A DNA stretch of 60,773 nucleotides, the filler included. It is 5 parts of 5 records of this genome, joined end to end, with 100 filler letters (N's around TTAATTAATTAA, not from the genome) between each part and the next. Parts side by side here need not be neighbours in the genome. Positions count along the whole stretch, not along the records: positions 9,042 to 30,956 come from SRR31156797_9337; positions 31,057 to 36,261 come from SRR31156797_9341; positions 36,362 to 53,280 come from SRR31156797_9349; 2 more parts are not named here. One strand, given 5' to 3'. Positions 28,983 to 39,556 of the stretch are shown here, one piece after another. The first letter of the stretch is position 1. Every line of letters begins with the position of its first letter. The notes beneath the pieces are model-generated. The model searched no databases. It was not told the origin of the DNA and saw only the letters and a program-made list of their open reading frames with translations. A program made the position numbers and the translations under genes.

Positions 28983-29309
28983 TTAAAATTTAAATATCTC
29001 TACTAACATATTTGATATCTCTTTTGATTTCTCTAAATCAACTTCACCTATTTTTTTCACTAATCTACTTTTATCAACTGTTCTTATTTGATCTAGTAAA
29101 ACCAAACCAGCTTTGTTTTCAAAAGTGATCTTAGGTCTAAAAATAAAATCAAAGCCTTTTGAAGTCATAGGTACAATGATCACTGTTTTTAAAATATTCA
29201 TTTCATCAGGAGAGATAATAATACATGGTCTAGTCTTTTGAATCTCTGAGCCAACTGTAGGGTTTAGTTTTACAAGATAAATATCAAACCTTTTAATCTC
29301 CTCTACCAT
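28983..29309 (-). CDS. mazF: PemK/MazF family endoribonuclease toxin
   Basis: LNPTVGSEIQKTRPCIIIS and DQIRTVDKSRL motifs. Confidence 0.93.
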   Translation of the reverse strand: MVEEIKRFDIYLVKLNPTVGSEIQKTRPCIIISPDEMNILKTVIIVPMTSKGFDFIFRPKITFENKAGLVLLDQIRTVDKSRLVKKIGEVDLEKSKEISNMLVEIFKF

Positions 29310-29563
29310 TGATACTCTTCTAAATCACTATCATCAAGCAAATCATCTATTAACGCTTCATCTTTTTTATCTTTATTTTCTAATAATACTTTTTTAATAT
29401 TCTCTCCCCAATTTTCCCTAGAGATCTTTTTTCGAGGACGAAGTAAAAGACCCTCCTCCACTACTTCTAAATCAATCTCGACACCCTCAAGGTGAGCTTG
29501 CTGAATAAGTGGCTTTGGAATTCGAATACCTTGGGAGTTTCCTATTTTTGTAAGCATTGTCAT
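29303..29563 (-). CDS. mazE: AbrB/MazE family antitoxin
   Basis: KIGNSQGIRIPK motif, acidic C-terminus, overlaps the toxin start. Confidence 0.93.
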   Translation of the reverse strand: MTMLTKIGNSQGIRIPKPLIQQAHLEGVEIDLEVVEEGLLLRPRKKISRENWGENIKKVLLENKDKKDEALIDDLLDDSDLEEYQW

Positions 29564-29588
29564 TTTAATTCCTTAAAATATTTATGAA

Positions 29589-29607
29589 GTAATTATATTG
29601 TAATAAC
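29589..29607 (-). promoter_or_regulatory. Palindromic operator overlapping the mazEF -10
   Basis: GTAATTATATTGTAATAAC is an imperfect 19-bp palindrome that contains TATAAT on the minus strand. Confidence 0.55.
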
Positions 29608-29710
29608 ACAATAAAGTCAAACTGATATAATAAAGAAACTAAAAAATCTAAATATTTTTTTAGAAAACATCATCTATAATTCCATTACTTACAAAAGTAA
29701 GCGATAAAAC

Positions 29711-30021
29711 AAAATATCTACACTTCTTATCTTAATATATAGGAGAATAAAATGGCACAATGGTATACATCAAACGACTATTGCTTTACACACAAAGACA
29801 AAATAGAAATCAATCTCAAAGCAACATCAGCAAATAATATTATCGTATCGATTTTTGATCATAATAAAGATGCAGGAAATACATTAGTAGAAGAAAGTAC
29901 TGAAAGCTCTTTGGACTCAGTCCAAGAGAAGATCTCTTCATATATCAATGAAAAGATCAATGTACCTTCAATAACAAAATTACTAGCACTTCAAAAATAG
30001 TTTTTGAAGTGTAGATATTTT
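29711..30021. repeat. Perfect 16-bp inverted repeat flanking an 82-aa ORF
   Basis: AAAATATCTACACTTC (29711-29726) and GAAGTGTAGATATTTT (30006-30021). Confidence 0.8.
29752..30000 (+). CDS. Hypothetical protein (82 aa)
   Basis: AGGAG RBS and TATAAT at 29675-29680; no family recognised. Confidence 0.7.
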   Translation: MAQWYTSNDYCFTHKDKIEINLKATSANNIIVSIFDHNKDAGNTLVEESTESSLDSVQEKISSYINEKINVPSITKLLALQK

Positions 30022-30025
30022 TAGA

Positions 30026-30955
30026 TTATAAAGCTTGAAGAGTCTCTTCTAGGCTCTTCATATCACTTACATTTAGAGTAGGTGTAGACTTATCTATCTT
30101 CCTATTAAGCCCTTTCAATACAGCCCCATTTCCAAACTCAATAAAACAATCCACATCACCAGAAGTTGCTACAATAGAGTGTTTATATTTTACAGGAGAA
30201 ATAAGTTGCTTACCAAGTAAATCAAAGGCTTCATCTTTTGACTCATAAGGCTCAGCAGTTACATTTGATATGATCTTCGTATCAAACTTATCAGTAATAA
30301 AATCATGTAAATAAGGTTCTAGTTTTATAATAGCACTCTCTAGTAGTTCACAATGACTAGCAACAGACATATCAAGAACGATAGCTCTTTTAGCACCTGC
30401 TTCTTTAAACTGATCCGCCGTAGCTTCAAGGTCAGCTTTAATCCCTGCAACAACTATTTGACCATCTTGATTATAGTTTGCTGCCCAGATCTTTTTACCC
30501 TCACCTCTTAGCTTTTCACAAAGAGACTCCACAGTTGTATCATCGAGTCCAACAAGTGCCATCATTCCAGCCCCTGCTCCCTCACAGGCTTCATTCATAA
30601 AAAGACCTCTTTTATGTACAAGTTCAATAGCATCAAGGTAATCGATCGCTCCACTTGCAACAAGTGCTGAAAACTCACCTAATGAATGTCCCAATACAAA
30701 CTCTGGTGAAATATCAGATTTTTCTTTAAATAGTTCAAGTGCAATACAACTTACTAACAAAATTGCAGGCTGAGTGTATTGAGTCTGTCCTAACATATCA
30801 TTTTCTTCAAATAAAATCTTTTCAAAATCAATATCTAGTCTTTCACTTGCTTTTTGTATCATCTCTTTTGCAATATCACTATTATCAAAAAAATCTTTCC
30901 CCATTCCTATAGATTGACTTCCTTGTCCAGGAAAAATAAAAGCTACTTTTTTCAT
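30026..30955 (-). CDS. fabD: Malonyl-CoA:ACP transacylase
   Basis: FPGQGSQ, TQPAIL, GHSLGE and SVASHC motifs. Confidence 0.97.
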   Translation of the reverse strand: MKKVAFIFPGQGSQSIGMGKDFFDNSDIAKEMIQKASERLDIDFEKILFEENDMLGQTQYTQPAILLVSCIALELFKEKSDISPEFVLGHSLGEFSALVASGAIDYLDAIELVHKRGLFMNEACEGAGAGMMALVGLDDTTVESLCEKLRGEGKKIWAANYNQDGQIVVAGIKADLEATADQFKEAGAKRAIVLDMSVASHCELLESAIIKLEPYLHDFITDKFDTKIISNVTAEPYESKDEAFDLLGKQLISPVKYKHSIVATSGDVDCFIEFGNGAVLKGLNRKIDKSTPTLNVSDMKSLEETLQAL

Positions 30956-30956
30956 A

Positions 30957-31056
30957 NNNNNNNNNNNNNNNNNNNNNNNNNNNNNNNNNNNNNNNNNNNN
31001 TTAATTAATTAANNNNNNNNNNNNNNNNNNNNNNNNNNNNNNNNNNNNNNNNNNNN
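30957..31056. other. Artificial contig spacer
   Basis: N44-TTAATTAATTAA-N44. Confidence 0.99.
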
Positions 31057-32989
31057 CATTTAAAGATAAAATATTTGTTTGAAATGCTATTTGGTCAATA
31101 ACAGTAATTGCATCATTTATCGCATTTACTTGCTCATCAATATCATCCATTGCTTTTGTAGTTTTAGAGGCTAGTTTTTCACCTTCATTTGCTGAAGTAT
31201 TTAAGTCATTTGCTAAAACAGACATTCTATTAACTTTTTCACTACTTGATTTAATAATTGATGTAATTTGTTCAACGGCTGCTGCTGTTTCTTCTAAAGA
31301 AGCTGCTTGTTCGTTTGCAGAAGTTGAAAGTTTAGAAGATGAATTAGAAAGTATTGCTGTATCTTCATCTAGTTTTTCACCAGTATTTGTAATCATAGCT
31401 AAAAACTCAGATACAGTTCCACCTAAAAGTTTAGTACTTGTATAGATTGAACCAACAATTCCATTTGAATTTTTATGATCTTTTTCGTTTATATTATAAT
31501 CAAAATTTGAGTTTCCATATTCGATTAGAATTTTATTTATCTCTTCTAGTTTTTGATTAGTTCCTTCAATCATTGAGTTGATTGATTCTTTTAATTTCTG
31601 AACTAAAGGATTAGAAGAATCTCTTTCAACTTTATATACATAGAATCCATTATTAACTTTTTGAATAACCTCTTCAACCTCTTCAATAACTTTTGCATCT
31701 TCTGCATATCCATCTTGAAGTTTTTTAATATATGCATTAAAGCTATCAACAACTTTTCCAATCTCATCATTCGATTTTTTTTCTATTTGAGTGTTATTAG
31801 ATGTTTCATTTGCAACTAAAGTAATTGCTTTATTTAAATTTTCAAGTGGTTTGATTATGATTCTTTTTACTAAAAAAGAATATATTAAGTAAATCACGAT
31901 TATTGAAACAAGTGTAAATATTGCTGTTGCTGTAAGAATTTCAGTTATCTCATCTTTAGTTTGTTTTTCCATTATCAAAATATTTTGTTCTATATCATCA
32001 ATGTATGCTCCAGTACCTATAATCCAATCCCAAGGCTCAAACTTTTGAACATAAGAGAATTTTCTTTGAGGTTTATCTTTCCCTGGTTTTTCCCACATAT
32101 ATTCAACTAAACCACCTTTATTATCTGTTTTAGAAATCTTAACCATTTCGTTAAATAAAAATTTTCCAGCAGGATCTTTTACTTTAGAAAGATTTTTACC
32201 ATTTAATGCTGGTTTTATTGGGTGCATTACCATTTTTGGTTCTGAATCATTTATCCAAAAATATCCACTGTTGCCATATCTCATTGCAGAAATAGATTTC
32301 AAAGCCTCTTTTTTTAAGTTTTCAGATACATCTGAAACATATTCACCTGTTCCTAAAACCCATCCAAATGGTTCAAATAGTTTTACATAAGATACTTTTG
32401 GTTGAGGATCGTCAAATCCAGGCTTTGGCCATACATAATCAACATAACCATCACCATTTGCTTTTGCAACTTTTGCAAATTCTGTAAAGATTTTTTTGCC
32501 ACCTTTATCTTTGAACTCAGATAAATCTTTTCCATTTAATTGTGGCTTTATAGGATGCATAACTATAACTGCATCTAAGTCATTTACCCAAAAATAACCA
32601 TTATCTCCATATCTAGTACCTTCAACAATCCCAATAAGTCTCTTTTTAAGTTCAGCTTCACTTAAAGTGTCCTTATATTTTTCATACTCAAAATTTAAAA
32701 TTGAAAAGATAAACTTAGCTTGAGATTGAAGTTCTGATTGAACTTCCTCTTTTATCTTATCCATTGAAGTTCTTGAATAGTAAGATTCAACTGTTTTTTG
32801 TGCTAAAGAAACATAGTTTTTCAACTCTTTTTCTTTATTTTCATAAGCCTCTTTTTTAAAATTTTCAATTTTTTCTTTTGAAAGTTTATTGATAGAATAA
32901 ACAGTTTCTAAAGAATTTAAAATTGAAACTATTAAAATCGCAAAAAGAGAGATTAACAGTAATTTCGCTTTTATAGATAAGTTTGACAT
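31057..32989 (-). CDS. Methyl-accepting chemotaxis protein with tandem Cache domains (3' partial)
   Basis: Two RYG-x-x-GYFW...MHPIKPxLNGK Cache repeats, HAMP (DEIG) and IAFQTNILSLN hairpin. Confidence 0.95.
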
Positions 32990-33126
32990 AATTAAATATC
33001 TCCCAGTATTATTTTAATATATTATATAATGCAAACATAGCAAAAGTCAAGCATTCTTCTAATTTTTATTTATAATTTTTTCTTTCCATTTTTTATGTTA
33101 CAATTCCAGATATTCAAAGGATAATA

Positions 33127-35058
33127 ATGATTAACAAACTATTTAAAAAACCAAAAGTTGAAGACTTGCTTGCAGAACTTAAAAATAATAATTTTAAGGA
33201 AAGTACAGTTAACTCAATGCTTAAACATATAAATATTAATCATATAAATCAAAATCAACAAAATTTTTTACACATTATTATCATTGACAATAAAATTGAA
33301 TCAGTTAAATGGTTAATTTCCAAAAATATAAACATTAATGAAAAAGATTCAAAAGGTATGACTCCTTTGATGTTAGCGTGCAAATATGGATTTGAAGATG
33401 CAGTTGACGAACTATTAAAAGTAAATGTCGATGTCAACTTAAAAAATACTAGTGGGTATAGAGCAATTGAATTTGCAGTATTTAATAAATATTTTAATAT
33501 TTATAAAAAATTAAAACCTTTTGAAAAAGATATTAACAGTAAAAATAAAAAAGGTTTTACTCTATTACACACAGCGATACAAATACAAAACTATGATGTT
33601 ATAGATGACCTTTTTAGAGACAAAAACTTTACATTGGCTGATGGCATTTTATTTTTTAAAGAGACTTATACTGACTTAACTGTTTTAGAAAAAACTATTG
33701 ATAAATTTAGATCTTTGGATAAAGTAGATGCTGAGGGAAGAAGTATTTTATTTTATGTTATTGAAAATGGTATTGAAGGAAAAGATATTTTTCTAAAACT
33801 TTTAGATAGAGGTTTAAATATAAACCATATTGATAAAAAAGGAAACAATATACTTCTTCATCTTTTGGATTTGATTATTAATTATGAGATGAATAACTTT
33901 GCATTTACACCTGAAGAGAAAGAGAAACAGGCAAATGATATAGAAAACCTTACAAATCTAATTCAAATAATATTAGACAAAGGTATTGATACAACTATTT
34001 GTAACAAAGATAATGAAACTGCACTATCAATGGTAGCAAAAAGTAAAAATATAGAACTTCTAAAACTTTTATTAGATAATCAAATTGATATAAATATTGT
34101 AAATAATAAAAATGAAACAGCAATAAATAATGTTATTACAAAAGGTCCTGCTTATCTTGATACTATCTATATGCTTCTTGATTATGGAATAAACCCTAAT
34201 ATAAAAGATGAAAATGGAATTACTGTTATTGAGAAAATCATTGATGCAAGTTTGATTGCAAGAAACCTAAAAAAAGTTAAGACAATTGATAAAAGAGAGA
34301 TTCACATAAATAGTGATTACCTAATTATTTTAGAAAGTGTCTTAGTAAATACTGATATTAATCTTCATACTCTTAATTCAAAAGGGGAACCTTTTTATTT
34401 TGAAGCTTTCAGATATAATGCTCTTGATATTGTAAAACTTTTATTTAAATATGGTGCAGATGTTAATCAACTAGACAACGAAGATACCCACATTATTTTT
34501 AAGTATATGGAAGAGAAACATAATCTAAAAAGAGAGAGTGAATTAAAAGAGTACTATAACAATCTTCATGCAATCATAAATATGGGTGCAAATGTTAATG
34601 CTAAAGACTCATTTGGGGGTATTACTTTACATAAAGCTATTTTGAATAAAGATACAAATGTAATAAAAATTTTATTACACTCTGGGGCAGATATAAATGC
34701 AATAGATAATAGAGGTAGACATATTCTTCATAATGCAGTTTGGAAAAATGACAAAAAAATATTTAGATTAGTATTTACATACACTAAAAAACTTTTAAAT
34801 GAACCAGATAAATTTGGTGTTTTGCCTATAAACTACGCTGCATTTTTAGGATATACTGATTTAGTTTTAGAATTTATAGAACTAAATGCTCATGTAAATA
34901 ATCCATATAGAAAAACACACTATATTCTAAATTTTTTAAAAAAATTCCACAAAAACCTTGATACATTACAACAAAATGCAAGAACAAAAGTTCAAAAAAG
35001 TAAATTAAGAGATTTAATTGAGAATATGAAAAAAGAGTTTGAAGTCATAGAAGACTAA
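33127..35058 (+). CDS. Ankyrin repeat protein
   Basis: Many G-x-T-x-L-H/M and GAD/NVN ankyrin repeats over 643 aa. Confidence 0.9.
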   Translation: MINKLFKKPKVEDLLAELKNNNFKESTVNSMLKHININHINQNQQNFLHIIIIDNKIESVKWLISKNININEKDSKGMTPLMLACKYGFEDAVDELLKVNVDVNLKNTSGYRAIEFAVFNKYFNIYKKLKPFEKDINSKNKKGFTLLHTAIQIQNYDVIDDLFRDKNFTLADGILFFKETYTDLTVLEKTIDKFRSLDKVDAEGRSILFYVIENGIEGKDIFLKLLDRGLNINHIDKKGNNILLHLLDLIINYEMNNFAFTPEEKEKQANDIENLTNLIQIILDKGIDTTICNKDNETALSMVAKSKNIELLKLLLDNQIDINIVNNKNETAINNVITKGPAYLDTIYMLLDYGINPNIKDENGITVIEKIIDASLIARNLKKVKTIDKREIHINSDYLIILESVLVNTDINLHTLNSKGEPFYFEAFRYNALDIVKLLFKYGADVNQLDNEDTHIIFKYMEEKHNLKRESELKEYYNNLHAIINMGANVNAKDSFGGITLHKAILNKDTNVIKILLHSGADINAIDNRGRHILHNAVWKNDKKIFRLVFTYTKKLLNEPDKFGVLPINYAAFLGYTDLVLEFIELNAHVNNPYRKTHYILNFLKKFHKNLDTLQQNARTKVQKSKLRDLIENMKKEFEVIED

Positions 35059-36260
35059 CTCTTTTTTTCATTTAAGAGATTTTTTGCAAAACTATATGCA
35101 TCATCTGTAATATCTTCACCACTTATCATCCTTGCGATTTCATCAACTCTTGAGTTTTCATCAAGTTTTTTTACTGTTGACTCACCATTTTTTTTATCCA
35201 CTAAAAAGTGGATATTTGCAGCAGATGTTAATTGAGGTTGATGAGAAATAGCAAATATTTGGTAGTTTGAAGATAGTTTTGTTAATACCTTTGCAATGGC
35301 AGAACTCTCTTTTCCACTTAAGTTTGCATCAATCTCATCTAAAAATAAAATCCCATTTCCAATAATATCATATTCACTTATTGCAGTTAAAAGAGCTAGT
35401 CTAAGCCTATTGAACTCACCTGAACTAATAGTATCAAGATTTACTCCATTTAGTTCAAAATAAACTTCATCAATACCAGATTTGTCTAAAGATTTTTTTT
35501 CAAGATTTATTTTTGCATTTGATAGATATAAAAATTTTAAGTAATAGTTGATTTTCTCTTCAAGTACTTTACTTAACTCTTTTCTATAAGTACTTATCTC
35601 TTTTGCTTCTTTTTCAACATCTACAGAAAGTTTTTTTATATTTTTTTCTAAAATTGCTTTTTCAAAAGAGATATTTTCATAAGATTCCAACTCTTTTTCT
35701 TTCTCTTTTCTGTATTCAATCGCTTCTTCTATAGAACCAAATCTTCTTTGCAAAGATGAAAGTTTTTCAATTCTGTCTAAAACATTTTCAATATCTAGTT
35801 CTTCTAATTCATACAATGAGTCATTAAATCTTTCGAAAATATTGTTTAGTTCATTTATTGCTTCATCAAAGAAAGTTGAATCCTCTTCTAAGAACTCCAA
35901 AGCATTGTTTACAGAAGATGAATAATTAAATATAGGGTTTGCACTCTCTATTGCTTCTTGAATTTTTTCTTTTTTTGATAGTTTTCTTTTGATATCACCT
36001 AATTCTTCATATTCACCAATTTGAGGGTCAATTGAAGCAATCTTTTCAATCTCAAATTTTGCAAATTCTTTTAAGTCTTCAAGTTTAGACTCATCCTCTT
36101 TGATTTTATCTAATTCTTTTTGCATAGTTAAAAGTTTTGAGATATTTTCATCAAAACTTATTTTTAACTCTTTAAAGTCTTTTTTCTCTTTTAAGCATAA
36201 AGAATCAAGAAAAGCAATCAATTTTGAAGACTCAAAATCACTAGTATCTTTTAAATGAAG
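35055..36260 (-). CDS. recN: DNA repair protein RecN (5' partial)
   Basis: Coiled coil; SSGEFNRLRLAL, LDEIDANLSG, ISHQPQL and EIARMISG motifs. Confidence 0.93.
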   Translation of the reverse strand, partial: LHLKDTSDFESSKLIAFLDSLCLKEKKDFKELKISFDENISKLLTMQKELDKIKEDESKLEDLKEFAKFEIEKIASIDPQIGEYEELGDIKRKLSKKEKIQEAIESANPIFNYSSSVNNALEFLEEDSTFFDEAINELNNIFERFNDSLYELEELDIENVLDRIEKLSSLQRRFGSIEEAIEYRKEKEKELESYENISFEKAILEKNIKKLSVDVEKEAKEISTYRKELSKVLEEKINYYLKFLYLSNAKINLEKKSLDKSGIDEVYFELNGVNLDTISSGEFNRLRLALLTAISEYDIIGNGILFLDEIDANLSGKESSAIAKVLTKLSSNYQIFAISHQPQLTSAANIHFLVDKKNGESTVKKLDENSRVDEIARMISGEDITDDAYSFAKNLLNEKKS

Positions 36261-36261
36261 A

Positions 36262-36361
36262 NNNNNNNNNNNNNNNNNNNNNNNNNNNNNNNNNNNNNNN
36301 NNNNNTTAATTAATTAANNNNNNNNNNNNNNNNNNNNNNNNNNNNNNNNNNNNNNNNNNNN
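36262..36361. other. Artificial contig spacer
   Basis: N44-TTAATTAATTAA-N44. Confidence 0.99.
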
Positions 36362-36362
36362 T

Positions 36363-37028
36363 GCTCACCAATGGAGACAACCTTTAAGTGTTATTACAAC
36401 TAGTATTAGTGGATTAAAATTAAAATCAGAATTAACTGATGTAGAAAAAGAAGATATTGATGATTGTGTTGAGAATGTAATAAAACAATCAAAATATCTT
36501 TCTAAAACAATAGATAGTTTTAGAGACTTCATAAAAGGTGACAAATCATATAAACAGATTAGTATCAAAGAAACAATACTAAACTCTCTTGCCTTAGTTG
36601 AAGCTACATTAAAAAATAATTATGTAAATGTGATTTTAGACATAAATGATGATATTAAAATAAATGGAAATACAACAGAGTTATCAGAAGGCTTTATAAA
36701 TATTTTAAACAACAGTAAAGATATCCTAAAAGCAAATGTTGAGAAGGAGACTGATAGACTTTTGTTTATTACTACAAAAAAAGTAGATAACAAACTAGCT
36801 TTAAAAATATTAGATAGTGGAGGGGGAATAAATGAAAATTATATAGAAAGAATTTTTGAACCATATTTCACTACAAAACACCAATCTCAGGGAACTGGTC
36901 TTGGACTTTCTATGGCTGACAAAATAATAAGAGAAAGACATAAAGCAAAAATCACCGCATATAATGAAAAGTATGAGTATCAAAATAAAACATATATTGG
37001 GGCTTGTTTTTATATAGTTTTTTCTTAA
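36363..37028 (+). CDS. Sensor histidine kinase, transmitter part (5' partial)
   Basis: AHQWRQPLS H-box, DSGGGI and FEPYFTTKHQSQGTGLGL. Confidence 0.92.
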   Translation, partial: AHQWRQPLSVITTSISGLKLKSELTDVEKEDIDDCVENVIKQSKYLSKTIDSFRDFIKGDKSYKQISIKETILNSLALVEATLKNNYVNVILDINDDIKINGNTTELSEGFINILNNSKDILKANVEKETDRLLFITTKKVDNKLALKILDSGGGINENYIERIFEPYFTTKHQSQGTGLGLSMADKIIRERHKAKITAYNEKYEYQNKTYIGACFYIVFS

Positions 37029-37096
37029 GTGAAATATTAGTCATATTAAATCAAATTAATGATAATATAAATATTATTTTTATAAAAAGACTTTAT

Positions 37097-39556
37097 ATGT
37101 TAAGTAAATCAAACAAAATAAAAAAACTATTTTTAATTTTTATTATCTTTTCTCTAATACTTTCTTTCTTGAATGTATTTATAGATAAATTATTATATGG
37201 TAATAGCTTAGAAAAATTAGCTTTAAATAATGCTGTTAATAAGTCTAGTGAAAGAGAAGAGGCTATAAGAAACTTTTTAAAAAAATCTGATATTGCAATA
37301 ACTTCTATTCGTCAAGACCCTTTGTTTAAAGAGTATCTATACGATAATACAAACTTTTATGAAGTTCAAAATATGTTTTTTACATTTACCAAATCACAAG
37401 CAAATTTTATGCAATTTAGGTTTATTGATAAAACAGGGATGGAACAAATAAGGATTGAGAGAACTGAAGAAGGAGCTGAACCTTATATTGTTCCTTTTTC
37501 TAAGCTTCAGAATAAAGAAGATAGATATTATTTTAATAGTTCAAAATCTAGAACTTTAGAAAAGACATGGTTTTCATCTCTTGATTTAAATGAAGAGAAT
37601 GGAAAAGTTACAGTTCCATATAAACCAACAATCAGAGCAGTATTACCTTTGAAAAAAGATGGAGAGTTTAATGGAATCATTATCATAAACTATTTCTTAG
37701 ATGACTTTTTATCACATTTATTAAATACTCCTTTTTATGATTTGATATTGTTTAATAATGCAGGAAATACACTTATTCATTACGATAGCAATAAAAATTG
37801 GGGAGCTTATAAAGCCTCTAAAATAAATGTTTATGATGAGTATCCCGAATTAAGAGATAATTACAAATCCTTAATAAAAAAAGAAGATTACATTTATAGA
37901 AAATTAGACTTACCAATATTTGGTGGCTTGAACTTTATATTTAAATTAAAGCAAACATATATTCAAAAAGAGATTGGACAGTCAAATGTTCAACATACAT
38001 TAGTAACTTTTGCGACTTTTTTGGCTTCTTTAATTTTAACTCTTTTAATTATTAAGTTTTATGCAAAAGACTTATTAAATGCAGAAGAGATAAAAAAGTT
38101 AAATACTGACTTGGAAAATGCATCAAAGGTTGCAAAAATTGGGTTTTGGGAATATGATAAACAAAACTTAGAATGGAGTGATGGAGTTTATGATATTTTC
38201 GAATTAGATAAAGGGTTTAACAGTATCACTTATGATGAGTATATATCTTTTGTACCTCTACCAGACAAAAATAAAATCAATCAATTATATGAGGAATCAA
38301 TTTCTAAAAAAGAGGATTATTATGCTCAGTATAAGATTGTAACAGAAAGGGGAAATACTAAATATATAGAAGAGAGAGCAACTCACTATTTTGATAAAAA
38401 TGGCAAATTTGAGAAATCAGTTGGAAGTATTTTTGATATTACTCAAACTTTTTTATCTAATTATGAACTTGAAGTTCAGAAAAAAGAGTTTGAGACTATT
38501 TTTAACTATTCAAAAGATGGAATAGTAATTTTAGATAAACAATCAAATTTTATTAAATTTAATACTGCCTTTTTGAAAATGACAAGATATAAAGATGCGC
38601 AACTTGAAAATATGTTTTGTCTTGAACTTATAAGTAATGAAGATAGAGATAAGTTTTCAGAAGCAATAAAAAAAGTTTATGATAATGAGTTTGTAGAGAG
38701 TTTTGAATTATCTATAAATTCTGCTTCAAATAATAGAATATATATGAATATAAGCTTGTCTTTGCTTCCTAATAAAAAAGATATTTTAATGGTTGCTAAA
38801 GATATTAGTACATTAAGAATAATCCAAGAGCAAACAAGACTTGCATCTTTAGGTGAAATGATTGGAAATATAGCACATCAATGGAGACAACCCTTAAGTG
38901 CAATTACAACAATATCTAGTGGAATAAACTTGAAACTAGAATATAATGAAAAAATTGCAGATGAAGAGTTAAAGCAATATGCAACCAAGATTTTTGAGCA
39001 GTCTAAATATCTTTCAAAAACAATTGATAATTTTAGAAACTTTATAAATAGTGACAAATCATATAAACAGATTAATGTAAAAGAGTCTGTAAGAAGTGCA
39101 TTAACTCTTGTTGAAGCTTCTTTTAAAAGTAATTATATAAATCTTATCGTAAATATAGAAGATGATATTGTAATAGTTGGGAATAAAAATGAGTTAACAG
39201 AAGGTTTAATCAATATCTTTAACAATAGTAAAGATATCTTAAAAGAGATAGAAAATGAAGATGATAGAATTTTATTAATTACTACAAAAAGAGTTGATGA
39301 ATATAGACTTGAGTTAAAAATCTTAGATAGTGGAGGGGGAATCGATAAAGATGTTATCACAAAAGTTTTCGAGCCATATTTCACTACAAAACACCAATCA
39401 CAAGGAACAGGCTTAGGTTTGGCTATGGCTGATAAAATAATAAGAGAAAGACATAAAGCAGAGATAAATGTATATAATGAAGAGTTTACTTATAAAGATA
39501 AAATTTATATAGGAGCTTGTTTCTCTATAATATTTACTCAGAATATGGAAGCTTAA
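37097..39556 (+). CDS. Cache/PAS-PAS sensor histidine kinase
   Basis: Two TM helices; periplasmic QFRFID...LQNKEDRYYF; PAS (IGFWEYD); IAHQWRQPL; HATPase. Confidence 0.92.
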   Translation: MLSKSNKIKKLFLIFIIFSLILSFLNVFIDKLLYGNSLEKLALNNAVNKSSEREEAIRNFLKKSDIAITSIRQDPLFKEYLYDNTNFYEVQNMFFTFTKSQANFMQFRFIDKTGMEQIRIERTEEGAEPYIVPFSKLQNKEDRYYFNSSKSRTLEKTWFSSLDLNEENGKVTVPYKPTIRAVLPLKKDGEFNGIIIINYFLDDFLSHLLNTPFYDLILFNNAGNTLIHYDSNKNWGAYKASKINVYDEYPELRDNYKSLIKKEDYIYRKLDLPIFGGLNFIFKLKQTYIQKEIGQSNVQHTLVTFATFLASLILTLLIIKFYAKDLLNAEEIKKLNTDLENASKVAKIGFWEYDKQNLEWSDGVYDIFELDKGFNSITYDEYISFVPLPDKNKINQLYEESISKKEDYYAQYKIVTERGNTKYIEERATHYFDKNGKFEKSVGSIFDITQTFLSNYELEVQKKEFETIFNYSKDGIVILDKQSNFIKFNTAFLKMTRYKDAQLENMFCLELISNEDRDKFSEAIKKVYDNEFVESFELSINSASNNRIYMNISLSLLPNKKDILMVAKDISTLRIIQEQTRLASLGEMIGNIAHQWRQPLSAITTISSGINLKLEYNEKIADEELKQYATKIFEQSKYLSKTIDNFRNFINSDKSYKQINVKESVRSALTLVEASFKSNYINLIVNIEDDIVIVGNKNELTEGLINIFNNSKDILKEIENEDDRILLITTKRVDEYRLELKILDSGGGIDKDVITKVFEPYFTTKHQSQGTGLGLAMADKIIRERHKAEINVYNEEFTYKDKIYIGACFSIIFTQNMEA

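Noticed and set aside
29711-30021. Retron ncRNA (a1/a2 repeats) or an IS element
   Set aside because: There is no reverse transcriptase or transposase on the contig and no evident target-site duplication.
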